UHGV virus genome: UHGV-1373362
Reading direction: 5' to 3' (one strand)
Source: a virus
Length of the DNA stretch: 64,000 nucleotides
The notes under the pieces were generated by a model that had not been told where the DNA came from, ran no database searches, and worked only from the letters and a program-made list of their open reading frames with translations. How positions within the stretch are numbered: the stretch's first letter is position 1; the number at the start of each line of letters is the position of its first letter. Below are positions 10,285-20,782 of this stretch, one piece after another. The position numbers and the translations under genes were made by a program.

Positions 10285-13200
10285 ATGGAAAAATGTATTT
10301 TTAACAAGGGTGATGGGAACCTAGATCTTCTTGATCACCTTGTAGATGTTTGTGAGGATTTATCAGAAGTAGAAGACTTGACTGAGAGGAAATCTCTGTT
10401 TATAGGTAATCTAAAAGAACTGGGGGAAGGATTCACTGAATCCTCCCATCCAGCTCTTGCGGAATTTATAAAAGAGTACATTGACTCTAATTATCCTGAC
10501 CTATCTGATATAGTTCCTGTGAATGCCGACATATATTTATCCGGCAAAACTAGTAATATTGATGAGACTTTACAAGAATCTGAGGCTAAAACTAATACAC
10601 TAGAAATGCCAGATGACGTTGGAGATAATCCACGTGGTAATTTCATATCTAAATCATATGGAACTGCTACTGAGGTTCAAACGGCTATGGAAGCTAGCTT
10701 CAGAAGAAATGTTGTAAACTCATTTATAGTTAATAGGGATAAGGGCACTGTCATAAGTGACACAACTACTCTAAATGGAGAAGTTAGAGAATATCAAGAA
10801 CAACTATTACAAAACATAGTAACTTATTTAAAGGACAGGTATCAGAATGTGCAATCAAGTAAATATGATACAGATTCTATACTCAACACATTAAATACTT
10901 TATCTATGTATAAGGATGGGAGATACACTGGTGCGGTAGAAACAGTAAATGGTATTGCAGATCCGTTCTTTAGTAAACAGACCTCCAATTCATTAAATGA
11001 ATATTATTCCAATGCGCTAGCTAGACATATTCCATCTAAAAAGTTTATTGATGCCTATAACAGTTATGTTATCCTTAACAACTTTGATCCACTGCTTAGA
11101 CTAACATTAGGTAAAGTCCTAGAAATTAATCCAGAAACTAATGGTAAGTTCGTAGCAGATTCTAACAAGTATTCTCTAAATGGTAAGAATAATCTTCCTA
11201 CCAGTTGGAGGACTACTGAGGACATCTTTCCTGAAAGGGAAATTAGTAATATAGACAGGTTGCTGGTTGAAACCACACCAATGTACTTATGGCAAGGTGA
11301 GGCCCCAATGAGTAATAGATCATTAGGATTACAGGAATTCAATTATATAGTATGTAAAGTAAAAGATTTAGTAACTAATTCTTATGCAAGAGATATTGTA
11401 TTTGATGGTCAGTTCTTTAATGACTATCCTGAATTAGCTAAACACAGATCTAGGATATATGGTAAGACACTCTACGAACTAATAGCATTAGTGAGAGAAC
11501 ATCCTGAAACCAATCTTAGTACTATATTTAGCATATTATGTGATCCTAAATTCTTCTCATCACAATCCACGACTTTACTTAGGGAATTCTATCGTCCTGA
11601 TATGGATATTATGTATTCCCTATATAAAGGAATGTTTGAAGATTCTCCCAATTCATTGTTTGGAATTAAAAAGAGGAATCCTGGTCAAACTAACTATTAT
11701 TCATATATTACCCAAACTGCTAATTCTATAGCTAACATTAGTTATGCTCAGTATAGACAGGATGAGTATGGTAATATAGTTATGAGAACTCTTAAGGACT
11801 CTTCCTTGAATCTTACTAAACTAAGGATCGAGAACAAAATTAACGGTATGTTAAGTAAGGTGGCACCTATCAAATATGATGATCTAGTAACTAAGTACAA
11901 TGCCAGTTATGAGGATGGTATATTCAAATTTACCATTCCAAACGCTGATATAATTGTAGAGTTTAAACCCTCATCTGATAGGAATACTGCTTTCACTCTT
12001 ACTAGGAAAGTGATGGAAAATGGTCAGGAAAGCTTCTCTAACGTTCAGTACTTTGAAGGTAGAGACGATTGGAATAAGCTTCTTGGATTCTTTAATGACT
12101 TCCTAAAGCTTGATTTTGCTCCTGACTCTACCTATATGTCTAACTATCTGTCCTTGAAAAGCGAGGGTGAGAATGTCCAGTATGATCTAGCAATCAATGA
12201 CTTGCTCCAGTTCTCTACTAGTGTATTCTTCAATTCCTACTTATCTCATAAACTTACATATCCAGAGATGAGTTGGACAAAGCTCGATGATCTACTTGCC
12301 AATACATATGATGATAAGAATAGACCTAACATAATCAAGTCTTCAGGAGAAATAAGTTTAATCTCCCGTTCTTATACACCAGTGTTAAATGATTTAGCTA
12401 ATGCTAATAGTATGACTACTGGAATGTTTGCTAGTAGTATTGTGAGGGATGCTGAAGGTAATGGCTTAGGATCAACATCAATTACCCGTATGTTTGATTC
12501 TACTCATACTCAGTGGGCTGCTCAATGCCTTAGAAATCCGAGGTCTGCTAGTCGAGGATTTAGTTTATTGAACAACCCTAAGATGTTGAGAGGTGTTATT
12601 ACTTCCAGAGAATATAAAGGAAGAGATAGCGCCAAGAGACATACTCAATTTAATGTTGCTGAGTCTTACTTCTCCTCATTAGTTTATGACTATGTAGGGG
12701 GATTAGTAGCACATGAAGGAAATGATCCAAGGGCTGGTGTTTCTGGCTTCATGCCTTCAGTAAATTCAGATAAGACAACTATCCTGAAGATGCTGATTAA
12801 CATGAACGACATAAGTGCTGCCAAAAAGACTTATGCCCAACTTAGTAAGGAGGAAATTAGGAGTATTATTAATTCAGAAATTGGAACATGTTATACCAGA
12901 ATCATGGATAATATATTACAGGATTTTGCAGAGTTAGCAAACTTTGCTAAAAGTACTGGAAATAACATTATTCTTAATCCATTAACTAATTTTTCTGAAT
13001 TTAATGCATTGTATGGAAAGGATGCAGCCAATCAATTAGCTATTCTTACTAAAGCATATAACAGTACTCACAGAGTCCCACTAGAATTTATAGATCAAGT
13101 TCATTTTATTAATAATAAGGGAAAGCTTGCATTTAATAGATCTTTAGTGTCTCTTACTAACAGATTCAGTCCTGGATATTTCTCTTCCAAGAACTTCGAC

Positions 13201-16200
13201 CCAACTCCAGTATTTGGGAGATTAACTACGGCCAACGAGTTTTGGAATCTTAAGGAGAGGGAACTACTATCCCAAGCTTTAGATAACAACTTTGTAATTG
13301 AAACTACCAATAGTAGAGGTCGCACGTTAAACTCTCCTGAAATCCAGCACTTTGCAAAAATGGGTTCCTGGATTGATCCAAATACTAAAAGGGTTATACT
13401 TGCAAAGTTTACTCCTAGTGGTGGAGGCGCAACGGTAAACATCTCTAAGTGGTCGGATTTTGGCGATCTTGGATATACTGAGCAAGATTCTTTCGGAAGA
13501 ACTGTTAGACGTACATATTTGTCTGATGGATTCGATATATCTAAGTTGAAAGGTAAGTTGGAGTTACACCCGACAATGGCTAATCATAATGCTCTTGATT
13601 ATTTATTTACTCAAGAATATATGTTATCTACTGTAGGTACTCATATCTCTCACCCAGCTAAAAAGGCAGCTAATGATGTATTTGACTTGGTCGAAGAGGC
13701 TGCAAGGTATGTAGCTCAACACAAGAGAAATGTGTCTTTTACAGCTAGTATGCATGTATTTCAACAGGATACTTTGACTGGCATTCCATCTGTCTATAGA
13801 ATGGCTGTTATCGATGATCTAAAGGCAGTAGTATTTAATGTAATGGGTGATTTCGATAAGGGGGGTGCTAAACCATATGATGGTGCAACTTTTGTTAATC
13901 CATTCGTTGTATACTTGGAGAATAATTCTCTAGGTGGATCTAAGGCTGGCATAGATAAGAAGCAATTCATTCACTCCTACAAGGAAAACACTTGTACTGG
14001 TATTATTATCAAAACAGCTGGGTTTGGTCTAACTAATGATAGAATTAGAGAGTCTGCATTTTATCGTCTTATGATGAAAAAAATGACAGATCATGTCTGG
14101 ACAGACAATGTTGGTATACCGTTTGTTACAGACATTACTAAGGATTTCAGAGGTAACCCAATCCGATATGATGATATGTACTACAAGGATACTGACGGTA
14201 AGTTCTACATGATTAAGGTAGAAAGTGCTGAGGGTGGAAACAATTTCTATGCTGTTACTAAGTCAGAAGTTGATCCAAATGGTAATATTATTAGAGAACT
14301 CCCAGTAGAAATGACTGGCCCAGTAAACACTAATTATGCCCTTTGGAATATGTTTGGTGGTATGAACTCCATGGAATTAAAGGATGATGGGTTTGGTAAT
14401 AAAACTCTTCAACCGTCTGAAGTATCTATCACCAATGTAGTTAAGGCTATGAATAGTATAGGAATAGTTACTAATCCAGAAGGTATCGTAGATACTCAGG
14501 AGGACATCTATCAAGTTCTTAAACATTCCGACATCCATTATGTTCCTACTGCTGGTGCTGTTAAACAGGGTGCTGCCAATATTAATAGTTCTGCATTCTA
14601 TTCTAACACAGAGAATTACAACATAATGACGGTTAAATTAGATTTCGCTGGTATTCAGTTAGATGCTTCTCATGAGGCAGATGAGGCTAACCTATCTATC
14701 ATGACTCAGGTTATTTCTTCATTAGCCTCTAGAGGATACACAGCTGATATGGCCCAGGAAGTTTATGATGCACTAAGTGCATTAACTGAATATGGAATTA
14801 GAGATTACATTGATGGTTACTCTAAGTACTTAGAAACTGAAAACCCAGAAGAGTTCCAAAATGTAATTACTAAGACTATTGTTAAATCTCTGATGAATAG
14901 TACCTCAAGGGATGGGAGTATAGTTCAGGCTGTAGCTGAAACTCTTCTAGAGAAGGCTAGACAGGGGAAAGAGCTAAAGTTCAAGGATACTAAAGGAATA
15001 ATTCCCTATAGTGATCCTAGTGTATTTAATCAATTGGTTTCTACGATTAGTTCTTCCCTTACCAAAGCTGCAATTCGTGTCAAGTTTAATGGTACACTGT
15101 CTGTATTAAATCCGTCTCATGGTATCTGGAAATTGTATGGTGATAGAAAGTTGGGATCATTTAATAATTCCAAACAAATTGAAGCGTTACAGAAGATCTA
15201 TGATACTAGACCTTTAAAATCAGTGTCAGAGATTCAATTAGGTCGCACGTACAATGTAACTGTGGATGGTATCACTTTACCCAGATTCATAGAAACACCC
15301 CAACAGTATTGGGATCTGAAGGAAGAATTGGCTGGTAAAGAGGCTACAATCGTAGAGAACATTACCGTTGGTAGAGATTTAGCAACTTATAATGTTAGTT
15401 TCTCTGATATAGAGGGTACTAAGTATAATATGTGGGATCTGGATGAGGTTAAGAACGTCTATAACTTTAGGACTTTAGTTGATGCGGTTAAAAATGCGGA
15501 GGCAGAGGAACGTACTCTTATGCTTGCTAACCTAAGGGCATGGCTGAAAAGTAAGGGACTTAGCAGCAATGCTAAAGAAGCTTGGAAACAACTTCAAGAA
15601 GGTATGCAGCGCACTCTGGGAGCCATAGGTTCCAGTGCCTCTGGTGCGGTTGTAATCAACGGAGTGCCAGTACTAATAGACAAAAGCAGTGTAGATATTA
15701 GAGCATATGAAACTATTATGCCGAAAATCTATGCAACTAAGTTCGGACTGCTTGAAAATGATGATTTACAAACTATTAAGAATGATAGGTGGTTCTTCCT
15801 GAAAAGGATGCTAGCCAAGGATAGATGGAATAGTAAAGTGGATGATGCAGACTTCGATGTAGAATTAAAGAGGATTAATGGTAAACATACCTACCTAGTT
15901 AATAAGGGAACATTTAATAAACATCATCTAACTGAGAAAAATGTAAATAAGTTATGGGATGGAGATAAAGTATATAGAGTAAATGAAGAAGGTCAGAAGT
16001 TGTATAGGTTATCTTCAGATGAAGATCTAATCTTTACAGATATTGACGGGAATGAAGTTATCGTTACTGACAATATTGATTTCTACGTTGGTGCTTCCAA
16101 CTATCATACTCTTAGAATCTCTGATTCTGTAGCTAAAACTGAGCTATTGGCACATATTTGGACTAAGATAGAAGGGGCTACTAGTAAACCTGCTCAACGA

Positions 16201-19200
16201 TTTATAAAAAGAGTTAGTAATGGTAGTATAGCTCAAAATATTTTAGCTATGAATGAGACTTACAGAACTAGTATTGAAAGTCTAAGAACTAATCCTGACG
16301 TGAGCGTTAAGGATCCTAATTTAAGGGCTTTATATAATTCTAGTATGGAGATTCATTCCTCATTTATTAAATCCTTAGATGTGTTAGCCGCTCGTATTCC
16401 AGCTCAAACAATGCAATCATTCATGCCTATGAAAGTTGTTGCGTTTGACAATCCTGACGTAAATTCTGCCTACGTTAATTATTGGCAGATTTGGTTACAA
16501 GGTTCTGACTTCGATATTGATAAGGTTTCTCTGTTAGGATATTCATTTGACAGAACTGGTAAGTATGTTGGATGGAGTCCTTACTTTAACCTTAAAACAA
16601 TCAATAATTTGAAGGCATCTGAAATGCTGCCGTTCCCTACTGGCAAGAAAGTTGAGCTAGTTCCAACTAATGATGAAAGTTTAACTGGATGGTTCAATGA
16701 TTATGTTGGAGAGTCCAAATTGTTTAACTTTGTAAAAGGCAATAAGTTAAGTGTATCTATAAACAATGATGCTATACAAAAAGAAATAGCATTAGGAGAT
16801 TTAGCTAAGTTTTTAAGGTATATAAGGTCTAATGGACATAAGTTATTTGTTCCAGCAGAATCTTCCCTTGATTTTGAAGCTATCAAGAAGTTCGTTGATA
16901 CACATAACACGTACCTTCAAGATTTAAAGGATGATTCCGGTACTGACATGATTAGAAATTTTATTTCTACACACATGTACAAGATCAGTTCAGATCCTAT
17001 AAATCTTATTCAATCTCAATCACCTATTGACCTAGGAGATCCACAAACAGCAGCTGAAGGATCAACAGCAGGAAAGCTAGTTAAAACTTTTACTCCTGGT
17101 AATAATTTTAACAAGCACATTTCACTGTTTGAGAATATGGCTGGTAAGGAGGTAATTGGTATTACTGCTGCAGGTATGAAGATTTTCTTCGCACTTACCC
17201 AGTATTACAATACTACACTTAGAAGTAATGATCCATTAAAGCAATCATTATTACTATTTAATAAAACTATAGCTGGGCAAAATGTTCAATTACTAGCTAA
17301 TAGCTATACTAGTAACTTAAGTACAATAGCAGATCCTAGAGTTCTGGAAGCAATAAGTACAGTAGTTCAAGATAAAGATGCTGCATTAATACTGTCAGCT
17401 CTATTATCATGTGCAACTGATAATGCCAAAGAGCTAATTTTATCTAAGATTAATGCTGGTGCCGACATGGTTAGTTTGTACATTTATGGTATTGCAATCG
17501 GTATTGACTTTAATAAGATTGCAGACATTATGATGTCAAGAACGGCTAAGATTATTAGTAAGATTAAGAGTGGTAATGTATTTAATGATGATTCTGGAAT
17601 ACCGTTTTTAACTAGTGTATTCGATTACCTAGATAAAGGTCCTAGAGTTAGTGGATTAGATTATCGCTTTAAGAGCAGAATAGCACAGCTATTGGACTTA
17701 GAGAATGATGGTGACGGTGATGTTAGAGAAGCTCTAAATCGTAAGATGCATGATACTATAGGTACGGATTTTATGTTGAACAGTAAATTACAGTTTATTG
17801 AACAATTGAAGAAAGCCGCAGTGTCTATTGATTCTGACGAAGCTAGGATCAGTTCTTTCAAATTTATCGATAAGTTGGAAGAATTTGTATCTAGTTTACA
17901 GATAATTCAGAATGAAGGCCAAGGGGTGTATGATACAATCAAAGAATTGTATTTCGGAGGTTCTGAGTTAAGGAGGTTAGGTTCTATTTTGGGTCTAAAT
18001 CAACAATTAAGAACTAAAGTAGATAGAAAGCTAAGTTTCATACGGGATTTCGAAAATCTGTTTACCAGTAGGTTTGCCGAGTTTGATTCTGACGAGGGTA
18101 TTAGAAAGGCCCAGCTTATGCAACCATCTATAGTAAATGGTCAAACTACTACGATTGGGGATGCTTTTGATGCTTTAGCCAATTTTGTTAAGGATGATAA
18201 TCTTGATGAAGACGGTAATGTGATAGAAAGTAGAAAATACAGAATATCATTTACTAAATTTATCAACGATGAGGCTTATAGGGATACCATTATTAGTCTG
18301 TATAACGGAGTTAAGCATACCTTTAATATACTAGATGTAGTATGGTCACTACCTCATTTTAGAGGATATTTGAAAACAGCATTTATTGACTATGCTGCTC
18401 AAAGTGCAATATCATCTAAATTTAGAGCTATTGATCGTATAGGAAGTAGAGTTATTGATGCATATGGATTTAAGTCATCTGGGGATATTATGAATGTCTA
18501 TAGAGGCGTACAATCATTCCTAGATAACACATTGATTAACTCTTGGCTAAAAACTTCTAATAAGGTAATAAACATACCTAAAGGAGTTACTATATTTAGT
18601 ACTAGTGGTCATGAATTTACTACCGAAGTAGAAAGCACTCCTATATTGCTAGGTACAGAGTGGGGTAATGCATCTTTTAAACGTTGGATGGAATCAACCG
18701 TAATACCTGACCTTAAAGAGGGTATATTCGGAGAAGGTGACAAGTCATTTATGGATAATAAATTCATTTTGGATTTGTCCCCTATGATGTTTGATAAAAC
18801 TGTAACGAGAAATGCAACATTTGTATATACGTTGCCAGTAAGTATGATTCCTAAGTCTGATGCTGAGAAAGCTGCTTATGCAATGTATAAATCTGAGTTT
18901 AACAAATTACAATACAGAGGATATAGAGGGTATCCAATATCTGATTTATTCTTCTACTATAATTTGATAAACTTTAGAAATGTAACCACCCAAAACTCTC
19001 TGACTCCTATGTTCGAGGAGATTCTTAGGGATGGTTCATCTCCTTTATTGCAGAAATATAATGCATTCGTTTCAGAATTTGATACTGGATCTGACCTGTT
19101 AGAAGGCATTGATTACATAATGGAAGATGTTATCATGTGGTGTGCCCCATTTGTGGATACCTATCGTGCTACCACTCCTTATGTATATAGCTATGACTAT

Positions 19201-19695
19201 AATACAATGACTTTCAAACTTTATAAGAGAAGACTTAAAGTATCAGAGGATGAGTCAGGAGATGATACCTTGGATGGGGGCTACTATGGAGGAGATGATT
19301 TCTATGACTACGGTGATTTCTATATGGACGACTTTTATGAGGATTCAGATGAATCTGGAGACTCCAAAGTTAATCCAGATTACGAAGTTGTCGAAGACTA
19401 TAGAGACCGTCGGTATTTCTTAACTAGAGAATCTTCTTTAGGTGAGGGTACAGCAGTTAGATTAAACTCAACATCCTTGATAAGTGTAGATAGGGGTATA
19501 ATATCCGAGGTTAAGTACAACGGTAAGAATTACGCTAGAGAAGAAGTTATTGCTAAGATCAAGAATTTGGGAGGTTCAGAATCAGACTTAGATATTCCAT
19601 ATATGACGGTTAGAGTTAATGGTTTTAACTATCAAATCGTTGATACAGTGTCTCTGTTAAAGATTTTGGACCATACATTCAACAATCCTTGTTAA
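10285..19695 (+). CDS. giant 3136-aa virion-packaged RNA polymerase (crAss-like two-barrel RNAP, phi14:2 gp66-like)
   Basis: 9.4-kb ORF containing WLQGSDFDIDKVSLLGY. DFDID (Dx Dx D) is the catalytic metal-binding motif of the crAss-like virion RNAP family. The gene starts 5 nt after the previous gene. Confidence 0.72.
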   Translation: MEKCIFNKGDGNLDLLDHLVDVCEDLSEVEDLTERKSLFIGNLKELGEGFTESSHPALAEFIKEYIDSNYPDLSDIVPVNADIYLSGKTSNIDETLQESEAKTNTLEMPDDVGDNPRGNFISKSYGTATEVQTAMEASFRRNVVNSFIVNRDKGTVISDTTTLNGEVREYQEQLLQNIVTYLKDRYQNVQSSKYDTDSILNTLNTLSMYKDGRYTGAVETVNGIADPFFSKQTSNSLNEYYSNALARHIPSKKFIDAYNSYVILNNFDPLLRLTLGKVLEINPETNGKFVADSNKYSLNGKNNLPTSWRTTEDIFPEREISNIDRLLVETTPMYLWQGEAPMSNRSLGLQEFNYIVCKVKDLVTNSYARDIVFDGQFFNDYPELAKHRSRIYGKTLYELIALVREHPETNLSTIFSILCDPKFFSSQSTTLLREFYRPDMDIMYSLYKGMFEDSPNSLFGIKKRNPGQTNYYSYITQTANSIANISYAQYRQDEYGNIVMRTLKDSSLNLTKLRIENKINGMLSKVAPIKYDDLVTKYNASYEDGIFKFTIPNADIIVEFKPSSDRNTAFTLTRKVMENGQESFSNVQYFEGRDDWNKLLGFFNDFLKLDFAPDSTYMSNYLSLKSEGENVQYDLAINDLLQFSTSVFFNSYLSHKLTYPEMSWTKLDDLLANTYDDKNRPNIIKSSGEISLISRSYTPVLNDLANANSMTTGMFASSIVRDAEGNGLGSTSITRMFDSTHTQWAAQCLRNPRSASRGFSLLNNPKMLRGVITSREYKGRDSAKRHTQFNVAESYFSSLVYDYVGGLVAHEGNDPRAGVSGFMPSVNSDKTTILKMLINMNDISAAKKTYAQLSKEEIRSIINSEIGTCYTRIMDNILQDFAELANFAKSTGNNIILNPLTNFSEFNALYGKDAANQLAILTKAYNSTHRVPLEFIDQVHFINNKGKLAFNRSLVSLTNRFSPGYFSSKNFDPTPVFGRLTTANEFWNLKERELLSQALDNNFVIETTNSRGRTLNSPEIQHFAKMGSWIDPNTKRVILAKFTPSGGGATVNISKWSDFGDLGYTEQDSFGRTVRRTYLSDGFDISKLKGKLELHPTMANHNALDYLFTQEYMLSTVGTHISHPAKKAANDVFDLVEEAARYVAQHKRNVSFTASMHVFQQDTLTGIPSVYRMAVIDDLKAVVFNVMGDFDKGGAKPYDGATFVNPFVVYLENNSLGGSKAGIDKKQFIHSYKENTCTGIIIKTAGFGLTNDRIRESAFYRLMMKKMTDHVWTDNVGIPFVTDITKDFRGNPIRYDDMYYKDTDGKFYMIKVESAEGGNNFYAVTKSEVDPNGNIIRELPVEMTGPVNTNYALWNMFGGMNSMELKDDGFGNKTLQPSEVSITNVVKAMNSIGIVTNPEGIVDTQEDIYQVLKHSDIHYVPTAGAVKQGAANINSSAFYSNTENYNIMTVKLDFAGIQLDASHEADEANLSIMTQVISSLASRGYTADMAQEVYDALSALTEYGIRDYIDGYSKYLETENPEEFQNVITKTIVKSLMNSTSRDGSIVQAVAETLLEKARQGKELKFKDTKGIIPYSDPSVFNQLVSTISSSLTKAAIRVKFNGTLSVLNPSHGIWKLYGDRKLGSFNNSKQIEALQKIYDTRPLKSVSEIQLGRTYNVTVDGITLPRFIETPQQYWDLKEELAGKEATIVENITVGRDLATYNVSFSDIEGTKYNMWDLDEVKNVYNFRTLVDAVKNAEAEERTLMLANLRAWLKSKGLSSNAKEAWKQLQEGMQRTLGAIGSSASGAVVINGVPVLIDKSSVDIRAYETIMPKIYATKFGLLENDDLQTIKNDRWFFLKRMLAKDRWNSKVDDADFDVELKRINGKHTYLVNKGTFNKHHLTEKNVNKLWDGDKVYRVNEEGQKLYRLSSDEDLIFTDIDGNEVIVTDNIDFYVGASNYHTLRISDSVAKTELLAHIWTKIEGATSKPAQRFIKRVSNGSIAQNILAMNETYRTSIESLRTNPDVSVKDPNLRALYNSSMEIHSSFIKSLDVLAARIPAQTMQSFMPMKVVAFDNPDVNSAYVNYWQIWLQGSDFDIDKVSLLGYSFDRTGKYVGWSPYFNLKTINNLKASEMLPFPTGKKVELVPTNDESLTGWFNDYVGESKLFNFVKGNKLSVSINNDAIQKEIALGDLAKFLRYIRSNGHKLFVPAESSLDFEAIKKFVDTHNTYLQDLKDDSGTDMIRNFISTHMYKISSDPINLIQSQSPIDLGDPQTAAEGSTAGKLVKTFTPGNNFNKHISLFENMAGKEVIGITAAGMKIFFALTQYYNTTLRSNDPLKQSLLLFNKTIAGQNVQLLANSYTSNLSTIADPRVLEAISTVVQDKDAALILSALLSCATDNAKELILSKINAGADMVSLYIYGIAIGIDFNKIADIMMSRTAKIISKIKSGNVFNDDSGIPFLTSVFDYLDKGPRVSGLDYRFKSRIAQLLDLENDGDGDVREALNRKMHDTIGTDFMLNSKLQFIEQLKKAAVSIDSDEARISSFKFIDKLEEFVSSLQIIQNEGQGVYDTIKELYFGGSELRRLGSILGLNQQLRTKVDRKLSFIRDFENLFTSRFAEFDSDEGIRKAQLMQPSIVNGQTTTIGDAFDALANFVKDDNLDEDGNVIESRKYRISFTKFINDEAYRDTIISLYNGVKHTFNILDVVWSLPHFRGYLKTAFIDYAAQSAISSKFRAIDRIGSRVIDAYGFKSSGDIMNVYRGVQSFLDNTLINSWLKTSNKVINIPKGVTIFSTSGHEFTTEVESTPILLGTEWGNASFKRWMESTVIPDLKEGIFGEGDKSFMDNKFILDLSPMMFDKTVTRNATFVYTLPVSMIPKSDAEKAAYAMYKSEFNKLQYRGYRGYPISDLFFYYNLINFRNVTTQNSLTPMFEEILRDGSSPLLQKYNAFVSEFDTGSDLLEGIDYIMEDVIMWCAPFVDTYRATTPYVYSYDYNTMTFKLYKRRLKVSEDESGDDTLDGGYYGGDDFYDYGDFYMDDFYEDSDESGDSKVNPDYEVVEDYRDRRYFLTRESSLGEGTAVRLNSTSLISVDRGIISEVKYNGKNYAREEVIAKIKNLGGSESDLDIPYMTVRVNGFNYQIVDTVSLLKILDHTFNNPC
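16506..16520 (+). other. DFDID catalytic aspartate motif (DPBB-A metal site) of the RNAP, at about aa 2075
   Basis: The nucleotides gacttcgatattgat translate to DFDID. Confidence 0.65.
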
Positions 19696-19699
19696 TTTT

Positions 19700-20782
19700 A
19701 TGGCAGTATGTCTTAATAAAAACACAGTAGAGTACCAGACACGATTAAAAATGTCTGGTCTCTCTGCGTTTAAATTTGATGCTTATGCATCTGATTTTGT
19801 AAGTAAGTTTGGAAGGTTCCCGGAGTTAGATGAACTTCCGGGAGCTAATTCCGAACCACATATTAGAAAAGCTTTAGATATAAAGGAACATCAGGGAGAA
19901 AATATAGTATCAAATGATAAGGTACTATCATACACCAATTCTGCAGAAATACCTGATGCTAATATAAAACTTAATAATGTCTTCAGAGACTTAGAGATAA
20001 AACTAACCCCTATTTTTAGTAAATCTGTAGTAACTATAAAACAGAGGCCTACTAAATGGAGAGGAGTGTATGAGGGAGGAATTGATGTTGATTCAGAAAT
20101 GAATAAACAGAGAAACATTGGGGTTATGAATAACATCATAGAAAGGCTAGCTACATTATATGGGATAAACTTCATTCCAATTAGTAATGCAGAATTAGGC
20201 ACTTCTAAATGGTCTGGTATAGTTGATGATGCTAAAACTACCAATGCATTTATATATAATGGTGATATTTACATTAACGTGGATAATGCTAGGATAGATT
20301 CTCCACTTCATGAAATGCTTCACCTTATATTAGGATCTATGAAATTCAGTGATCCTAAATTATATACTGACTTAGTGAGCAGTATGGAAGCTATACCAAA
20401 TTACAATAACAGAGCCATTACCTATAAGGATAGAACTAGGTCAGATATTAATGAGGAGTTGTTTGTGTCAGAATTCTCTAAATATCTAACTGGACAAAGT
20501 AACACAATAAAGGACTTAGACGGAAAAACGTTAAACAAGATATTTTATAACATGAGTAGAGTTTTGGATAGTGTACTATTTGGAAAACAGAGCGTTACTA
20601 CTATGGATTCAGTGGAACTATTCAACCATTCCTTAGTACAACTATCCGACTATCTTGGTTCGGAATTAACTAACAATGACTTTACTGGCACCTTAGATGT
20701 AAAATCAGCAGAAACTCACAGAATTTTAGCTAATGTGAAATCTGATTTAATGAAGTCTGGTAAACTTAAAGAATATTGCTAA
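19700..20782 (+). CDS. 360-aa protein with an HExxH...E zincin-like motif (putative Zn-metallopeptidase)
   Basis: HEMLH at nt 20309-20323, followed 22 residues later by a Glu (SSMEAIP), a gluzincin-like spacing. No other support. Confidence 0.45.
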   Translation: MAVCLNKNTVEYQTRLKMSGLSAFKFDAYASDFVSKFGRFPELDELPGANSEPHIRKALDIKEHQGENIVSNDKVLSYTNSAEIPDANIKLNNVFRDLEIKLTPIFSKSVVTIKQRPTKWRGVYEGGIDVDSEMNKQRNIGVMNNIIERLATLYGINFIPISNAELGTSKWSGIVDDAKTTNAFIYNGDIYINVDNARIDSPLHEMLHLILGSMKFSDPKLYTDLVSSMEAIPNYNNRAITYKDRTRSDINEELFVSEFSKYLTGQSNTIKDLDGKTLNKIFYNMSRVLDSVLFGKQSVTTMDSVELFNHSLVQLSDYLGSELTNNDFTGTLDVKSAETHRILANVKSDLMKSGKLKEYC

